A stretch of 32,260 nucleotides of DNA. It comes from Candidatus Woesearchaeota archaeon. GTDB lineage: Archaea > Nanobdellota > Nanobdellia > Woesearchaeales > JACPBO01. The notes beneath the pieces are model-generated. The model worked only from the letters and a program-made list of their open reading frames with translations, made no database searches and was not told the origin of the DNA. Positions 26,673-32,260 of the stretch are shown one piece after another; the first letter of the stretch is position 1; each line of letters opens with the position of its first letter. Location of the stretch: the NCBI GenBank assembly GCA_016180285.1, contig JACPBO010000007.1, positions 1-32,260 of the forward strand, given 5' to 3'. The position numbers and the translations under genes are program-made.

Positions 26673-26840
26673 ATGATCGAAATATTCTCAAAAGAGGGCA
26701 TTGTAATCGCTGTTTCCCTGTTTGTTTCCTTCTTCATCTTCCACTGGCTGTTTAACAAGCCCGATAACTCGTTTGACAAGGAAGTTGAAGAGATCCTGAA
26801 ATCCGACAAATACAAGGTCAAGGGAAGGTTTGAGAGCTAG
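26673..26840 (+). CDS. Small single-pass membrane protein (55 aa; not in ORF track)
   Basis: MIEIFSKEGIVIAVSLFVSFFIFHWLFNKPDNSFDKEVEEILKSDKYKVKGRFES: one TM helix plus charged tail, co-directional with the operon. Confidence 0.7.
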   Translation: MIEIFSKEGIVIAVSLFVSFFIFHWLFNKPDNSFDKEVEEILKSDKYKVKGRFES

Positions 26841-26866
26841 CATATAAAAGAAAAGTCAGTTAAAAA

Positions 26867-27664
26867 TTATCTTCTATAATTCTCTTTTAATTTTCCGATT
26901 ACGATATCTCTTAGAAATTCACAATCTGATGCCAAAAGCCCATTATCTGTTGGCTCAACATATTTTTTTGTTCCAATAAATGGGCAAGCAGAATTTTCTG
27001 TTAATGGCTTGCAGTCATATTCTAAGCTGTTTTCCACATTTAATCCTTTGACTTCACAAGCATTTAAAAAAGCAACAGCCAATGTTTTGTCCATCCCACT
27101 TAAACCATCAACATTTTTTCCTCTGCCAACTCTAAATACAGGTGTAACTCTGACACCAACTCCAATAGCTGTTGCATAATCTACAACTTTCTCTATTTCA
27201 TCTTTATTTTCACCATAAACCGGCATTGATAGGTGTAATCTAACATCTTCTTGCAGCCATCTTTCTATATTTTCCTTGACTCTATTGACAGTTATACGAT
27301 TGGATGGTTTTGTTATGCTTTTCCATACTTCTTCATCAATAGCTGGCAAGCTTACTTGAAGCTCGCATTTTTGATTTTTTAGTATTTTTGATAAATCTTG
27401 CCTGTACATTGTTCCATTTGTTGATATTAGGATCGTCTCAACATTCAAATCAGATATAGCATATTCCAGCATAGCATTTAATTGAGAATTCATAAATGGC
27501 TCTCCTCCGCTAATATCAATAGATTTTGGTTTATCGCTGTCAATAAGAGTTATAAATTGCTCTAGTGATAAACTCTCTTTTCTTCCAGGATGGCCGTCAG
27601 CATAGCAAAACTTACACTCTAAATTGCAATACATATTAATAGCTAAAACTAGCTGATCAGTCAT
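26867..27664 (-). CDS. Radical SAM protein with short Cys-containing C-terminal (twitch-like) extension
   Basis: CNLECKFC, SGGEP, STNG, VSL and GRG motifs; C-terminal C..C..C. ATG at 27664 after GCGGTG. Confidence 0.9.
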   Translation of the reverse strand: MTDQLVLAINMYCNLECKFCYADGHPGRKESLSLEQFITLIDSDKPKSIDISGGEPFMNSQLNAMLEYAISDLNVETILISTNGTMYRQDLSKILKNQKCELQVSLPAIDEEVWKSITKPSNRITVNRVKENIERWLQEDVRLHLSMPVYGENKDEIEKVVDYATAIGVGVRVTPVFRVGRGKNVDGLSGMDKTLAVAFLNACEVKGLNVENSLEYDCKPLTENSACPFIGTKKYVEPTDNGLLASDCEFLRDIVIGKLKENYRR

Positions 27665-29000
27665 TATGCACCGCTTCAATTTTCTTATGATTATGTGATT
27701 TGTATGATTCAACTACAATGTCCAAAGTTTCTTTAATGACCTTTTTAACATTATTTTTCATAGGGCTGTTTTCTACAACTCTTGCTGCAAATTCCCCAGT
27801 TCCCGAGTAGTAGAAATGAACACATGCTGCACCTAAAGGATTCTTTAATAAAACATCATCCCTTATTTCTCTAAGAACCACTACACTAGGGTGATTTATG
27901 TTGCCATAAACTGCTGTGGCTATAAAACAACTTTTAGTACTTTTGTTAAGAATATAGTTCATTGTAAGATCAAGTTCATCACTTGATTCATTAACTTGCT
28001 TAATAGTTTCTTCTGCATTCTTTAACACATTCACATTGAATTTCAATGCATCATTCTTATTTTTTAAATCTTCTAAAGAATATGAGAACCTTCGATGAAT
28101 GGTTGAATCTGTATCCTTTATGTCAACAGGAAATTCTGCGCCATAGCTTCTAATGGCAGAACAAACGGCTTTTATAGATGTTGCATATTCAGCTCCGCCT
28201 TTTTTTAAGTCGCCATAAAGTCTTAATTGTTCATTATAAGATGACTTAGGATTGTTCGGCAATGTGTATAGAGAACTAGCTGTGCTTATTAATCTGCCTT
28301 GCAATGGTCTGATGTAAGAAATAAAGACCTCATTTAGCTTGCCTACAAGCCAATTCATGCCTTCCTTTTTTGTAATAGAAAATGCTGTTGGGTCTTTTTC
28401 GTTGTTAGCAAACATTAAAAATTGCTTATAGCTTTCATACAATGCAGTTACATTTTCTTCTAATTTTGAGTCTGTTGGCGGTGTTTTTAATATTAAGCCG
28501 TATCTGTCATCCATGAATTTTTTGCTGAAATTTATCCATCCTTCAATATCATTTGAAGTTTTAAATTTATTCAGTTGGATTTCTATTTCGTTCTGGCTTA
28601 ATCCTGAAAGGTTCTTTTTTTCATCATAAGTTTGTGATTGTTCCTTCTGTGTTAATAGCCCCTCTTTTTGTAATTTCTCCTTACGGACTTTTATTTTTGA
28701 TTCTAAGTCAGTTATTGCAGTTGCTGCTTCAGGGTATTGTTTCCAGCCATCTTCATGCTCAAGCCTTTGTATTAAGTTTTCTGCTTTTTCAAACTCGCTA
28801 TTGATTATTCCTTTTTGTATTTCTTTTATTGTTTTATCATATCTTGTTTTCTGGCGCGCTTCAGCAGAATAATTTTGTCTGAAAAAATTTACACAGCCCC
28901 TGGAAGCAGAATAGCCTAAAATTAAAGAAGCTAAAATTAATACAGCAGATGCTCCTTTTCTGAGGAATATGCCCGGTGACATTATATTCATTCTTACCAT
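27657..29000 (-). CDS. Membrane-anchored/secreted helical protein with CFI-box-CTERM domain
   Basis: N-terminal hydrophobic segment. C-terminal CFIATAVYG...P.V..LREIRD..L....G...V.FYY. ATG 29000 after GGAGG. Confidence 0.8.
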   Translation of the reverse strand: MVRMNIMSPGIFLRKGASAVLILASLILGYSASRGCVNFFRQNYSAEARQKTRYDKTIKEIQKGIINSEFEKAENLIQRLEHEDGWKQYPEAATAITDLESKIKVRKEKLQKEGLLTQKEQSQTYDEKKNLSGLSQNEIEIQLNKFKTSNDIEGWINFSKKFMDDRYGLILKTPPTDSKLEENVTALYESYKQFLMFANNEKDPTAFSITKKEGMNWLVGKLNEVFISYIRPLQGRLISTASSLYTLPNNPKSSYNEQLRLYGDLKKGGAEYATSIKAVCSAIRSYGAEFPVDIKDTDSTIHRRFSYSLEDLKNKNDALKFNVNVLKNAEETIKQVNESSDELDLTMNYILNKSTKSCFIATAVYGNINHPSVVVLREIRDDVLLKNPLGAACVHFYYSGTGEFAARVVENSPMKNNVKKVIKETLDIVVESYKSHNHKKIEAVHND

Positions 29001-29005
29001 TGTAA

Positions 29006-30703
29006 TTAAGCCTCCGCTTCGTATAGCGGCTGTTGGTTTTTCCATAAAGCAATGCGAGCGTATAATGGTTGAACAACTTTTAAGCTATCTTCAACTTTTT
29101 CACTAGCTTGCGCCTCACTTATTTTAGGAATGCTTGTAGCTAGTTCTTCAAGCTCCTTGCCAGAAAAGTCATTTTTGTGTATTATTGTCAGCAAACCCTT
29201 AATATAGTTATTTGACAAGCTTCCATCATTTAAAAAAGTGGATAAAAGTGTAACGTGCATATCATTAATCTGCCTTGTTGACGCAAAATATAAGACCCCT
29301 TGTTCTTTGAGGTTATTATATATGACTTTTTTTGCATTAACATTGTCAAGCTCTCTTTCTAAAGTCGCTCCAAAAAGCTTGTAAGCCTCTATTGTTGGGC
29401 TAATGCTTTCCCAAGCAGCTTTTGACGGATTAAAATTTGCAATATGTGAGGCCGCATCAGATATGCCGCAGATAGTTAAATCACGCCCCTTTTCTTTAGT
29501 TTCTCTATTGATGCTCACATTATATCTCCATATCTCCCTGTTTTCATCAGGGCCTCTGATCTTTTTGTAAGCAGAAACGCCTAAAGCTGCAACTGGCTCT
29601 AGGATAACTGCGCCACCAAATACATCTTTATCCTCTATATTTTCATTTTTGAACATTTGCCTCATTCTTATTATGCCATCAATCGCAAAATACGGTCCAA
29701 CTAAACCAAACATTTTCCATTGCGTAAGCCCAGCTATTGCTGTTATGGCGCCACCGATTATCTCAACTACACTATAAATAGGAAGTGCATACTCTGCGTA
29801 TTTGCTACTGGGTTTTATGGAAAATTCTCTTTTTATAGCCCTTGGCAAAAAGGGATAAACAGGGTAAAGTGCATATTGCGCTGCTTTTGAAAGTCTGCTA
29901 CCGGCTTCTGAAAATATGCCTTTTTGATCTTCAATATTTATTCTTTCATACTGTAAGCCTTCAATTGATCCTGACAGCTTTTTCATATTATTTTCATTTG
30001 ATGATAATATGATATTATCCCATCCTTCGCGTATCGCTTTTTCTAGCACACTTTTAACATCCTTCCCTCTGTTATTAATCACCAATACGCCGCCTTCATC
30101 TTCTATTTTAAATGAATGGCCCAAGATGGATGCCAAAACAGTTTCTATTGTTTCGCCAAATTTTTCTCCAAATCCCTTTATAGGCGTTGTTTTGCCCTTA
30201 AAAGGCTCTATGCCGTCCCATATTTTTTGTTGTTGCGAAATTGGCAAAGATTTTGATAAGAATAATTCCAGAGCATGTAAAAGATGCACTTTATCCTCTT
30301 CCTGCGCTTCTAAGCCTTGATAAGCAAAAGCCAGATTTGTTAGAGTTTTGTCTAATTCTGTGCCTTTCCAAAAGAAGTTTGTTTCATAGCTTATGTTGTT
30401 CCCATGGTTTAACAATTTAACAGCTTCGTCTACTGTTTTCTTGCGATCTGAAAGTTCATCCATTCGGTATAATGATTGTAAAACATTTCCTAGCCTTAAA
30501 GCCTGATTCAGGTATTCTTGACTTGCTCTTTTTGCATTTTCATAATTTTCGTTTGCTTTTTGCCTTGATTTTTTAGTTACTCTTGACTCTAAAAGCTGTG
30601 TTTTATAGTTATTTCTAAGTTCTCTTAGACCATTAAGCAAGGATTTTACATCACGAAACATATCCTGTTTCGTTATAGCGCCTTCAATAACCTCAACGCT
30701 CAT
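29006..30703 (-). CDS. Hypothetical membrane protein (N-terminal coiled coil, central 2-3 TM segments)
   Basis: About 565-aa ORF; hydrophobic stretches ALPIYSVVEIIGGAITAIAGL, FGLVGPYFAIDGII and VFGGAVILEPVAALGV; SD before ATG 30703. Confidence 0.75.
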   Translation of the reverse strand: MSVEVIEGAITKQDMFRDVKSLLNGLRELRNNYKTQLLESRVTKKSRQKANENYENAKRASQEYLNQALRLGNVLQSLYRMDELSDRKKTVDEAVKLLNHGNNISYETNFFWKGTELDKTLTNLAFAYQGLEAQEEDKVHLLHALELFLSKSLPISQQQKIWDGIEPFKGKTTPIKGFGEKFGETIETVLASILGHSFKIEDEGGVLVINNRGKDVKSVLEKAIREGWDNIILSSNENNMKKLSGSIEGLQYERINIEDQKGIFSEAGSRLSKAAQYALYPVYPFLPRAIKREFSIKPSSKYAEYALPIYSVVEIIGGAITAIAGLTQWKMFGLVGPYFAIDGIIRMRQMFKNENIEDKDVFGGAVILEPVAALGVSAYKKIRGPDENREIWRYNVSINRETKEKGRDLTICGISDAASHIANFNPSKAAWESISPTIEAYKLFGATLERELDNVNAKKVIYNNLKEQGVLYFASTRQINDMHVTLLSTFLNDGSLSNNYIKGLLTIIHKNDFSGKELEELATSIPKISEAQASEKVEDSLKVVQPLYARIALWKNQQPLYEAEA

Positions 30704-31595
30704 ACCTCTCACCACCCTTTGCAGGCGTTTCTATAGGCAAGGTTTTTTCAGGGCTTACCTTTGCCACTTCTAAGTTTATTTGTGTGGCTAGAAGATTTCT
30801 GTAATTAGTTATAGAATGAACTCCAGCGCCTTTTGTGTATCCTTTGCTTTTGGCTATCTCAACTGCTTCATCCAACATATTCTGCGTTTCTGGAGTAAAA
30901 TATAGGTCTATTGGAACTTGTCTTCTGGCTTTTTCATCAACAACTTTATCTCGCCATTCAAAATGGCTTCCAACATAGCACCTTATTCTTTTATTGCGGC
31001 TGACAGTCATTTCCCTATCAACTGCAATTGTCTTATGAATCAAAACTTTTGATAAAGGAGTATCTTTTAACTCTTGAGCAGTTTTGCCTGTTATTTTTGC
31101 AATGACGAAATCAACCCGTTTTTTTATTTCAGGGTCTTTTAAACCATATTCTGCAAGCTTTCGATCATCTAGCTCGCCACTGCTAACAATATTATTTATA
31201 AGTTGAGTTTCATAGCTATGCTTTACTTGCTGGCCTGCATCAGCCAATGTCAGCATTATTTTTGAATCGCTTTTTGCGCTGCCAAGCCTTGCTTCCAAGC
31301 TTATTACATCTTGATGCGTTTCTAATAATTCGTCTAAAGCATCAGAGCCAGAAGTCTCACCAGGCATTCTCATAAAATAATAAACCTTTTTTGGCAGAAT
31401 AAGATAACTTTTACTCTCTACATTTTCAATTTTTATCTGCAATAAGCTGTAGTTTTTGTCATCTATTAATCCAGCACTACTTAATTTATTTATGGTTTTT
31501 TCATCAGCTATGTAAACCTTTTCATTTGGCCCGGTGGGCAATTCTATTTCTTCCAGATTTTCCCGCTTAATGACCTCAATTAGTTTTTCCTTCAT
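30693..31595 (-). CDS. Hypothetical protein
   Basis: 300-aa ORF overlapping both neighbours (ATGA coupling to the AAA gene). Confidence 0.75.
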   Translation of the reverse strand: MKEKLIEVIKRENLEEIELPTGPNEKVYIADEKTINKLSSAGLIDDKNYSLLQIKIENVESKSYLILPKKVYYFMRMPGETSGSDALDELLETHQDVISLEARLGSAKSDSKIMLTLADAGQQVKHSYETQLINNIVSSGELDDRKLAEYGLKDPEIKKRVDFVIAKITGKTAQELKDTPLSKVLIHKTIAVDREMTVSRNKRIRCYVGSHFEWRDKVVDEKARRQVPIDLYFTPETQNMLDEAVEIAKSKGYTKGAGVHSITNYRNLLATQINLEVAKVSPEKTLPIETPAKGGERYER

Positions 31596-32260
31596 TTTTT
31601 AGCACCTTCTAAAGCCTGTTTTAATGATTGCAGTTCAGTGTATGTATCTATGCTATCTCTGTCCATAACTGTTTTAAATCCCTTCTTGATAGCCTCTAAT
31701 TCGTCTTGTGTTCTGCGCTTATATGATGAGCCTATTGACTTATAGTGTTCGGTTGTGGCTCCGGCTCCAATAATTTCTCTCATATGCTTGCAAGCTTGCG
31801 CTATTTCTCCAGGCAACAAAGTTGGGTTGACCCTGACAACTTCTTCAGTGTCTATTTTGGAAGGTCCGCCATATTCGCTTATATACTGTTGCCATAACAA
31901 TTTTTGCTCCTCTTTAGAAGGAATATCGAAGTATATGAAGTGGTCAAATAATGTTTTTATGCTTGAGGGTATTTGCACATATGGCTCTGAAACAGTTGCT
32001 ACTACTACAGCTTCCCCATTATGCTCCTTCTTCGCATCAAGCATTACACTCCTGAGCACTGTGTTGAAAGATTCTTGCCACCCTTCTGCCTTATAGCCAA
32101 CTAAACCATTGATGTTGGGTATAAATAACAATGCATTGCTGTAAACAGCCCTAGTTATAACTTGCCGTATTCTTTCTTCTGTTGTTCCTACAACGCCTCT
32201 GAAAATCTGATCGGGGGTTACTTCTACAAAAGGTTTTTCCAGAGTGCCAGCTATTGCTTC
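31592..32260 (-). CDS. AAA+ family protein C-terminal domain (SpoVK/Ycf46/Vps4-like), 5' end outside window, degenerate motifs
   Basis: The frame is open to the window edge: EAIAGTLEKPFVEVTPDQIFRGVVGTTEERIRQVITRA...LLFIPNIN...VVVAT...FDHFIYFDIPSKEEQ...PGEIAQAC. Confidence 0.8.
   Translation of the reverse strand, partial: EAIAGTLEKPFVEVTPDQIFRGVVGTTEERIRQVITRAVYSNALLFIPNINGLVGYKAEGWQESFNTVLRSVMLDAKKEHNGEAVVVATVSEPYVQIPSSIKTLFDHFIYFDIPSKEEQKLLWQQYISEYGGPSKIDTEEVVRVNPTLLPGEIAQACKHMREIIGAGATTEHYKSIGSSYKRRTQDELEAIKKGFKTVMDRDSIDTYTELQSLKQALEGAKK

Noticed and set aside
26627..26821. 64-aa minus-strand ORF
   Set aside because: Shadow of the more credible + strand 55-aa membrane protein at 26673-26840.
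4105..32096. Numerous 60-136 aa antisense or alternate-frame ORFs in the track
   Set aside because: They lie within or overlap well-supported genes and lack motifs; they are shadow ORFs.
1..32260. CRISPR array, rRNA, transposase or integrase
   Set aside because: No regularly spaced repeats, rRNA-like segments or recombinase/transposase motifs were seen by eye.

Overview
AT-rich archaeal window, most consistent with a DPANN (Woesearchaeota-like) genome. This is inferred from BHB-type tRNA introns, TATA promoters, AMP phosphorylase and gene content. From left to right: (1) three intron-containing tRNAs: Leu(TAA) with three complete introns plus a probable fourth running off the left edge, Thr(GGT) with two, and Val(GAC) with one 83-nt structured intron. 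These are interleaved with a PGF-pre-PGF protein, bacterial-type thrC and a small ORF. (2) An AI-2E transporter and AMP phosphorylase. (3) A probable deletion scar containing a TrmB C-terminal fragment, then an HTH-MNT/HEPN toxin-antitoxin pair with tandem operators, and a THUMP protein. (4) A ~15.8 kb de novo purine cluster: purS-purL-purQ-[degenerate GspE/PilB ATPase]-guaA-purM-purE-purH(IMPCH only)-purB-purC-purD-[TPR]-purN-hypothetical. PurM and PurE carry substitutions at normally conserved histidines. (5) Small conserved genes (wHTH, Zn ribbon, HemK-like methylase, kinase, YkgJ). (6) A minus-strand operon entering from the right edge: degenerate AAA+ domain, hypothetical, membrane protein, CFI-box-CTERM protein, radical SAM. 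The most unusual items are the multi-intron tRNA-Leu with a possible alternative CAG splice product, the pseudo-ATPase/TPR genes inside the divergent purine operon, and the AAA/CFI-box/radical SAM operon.
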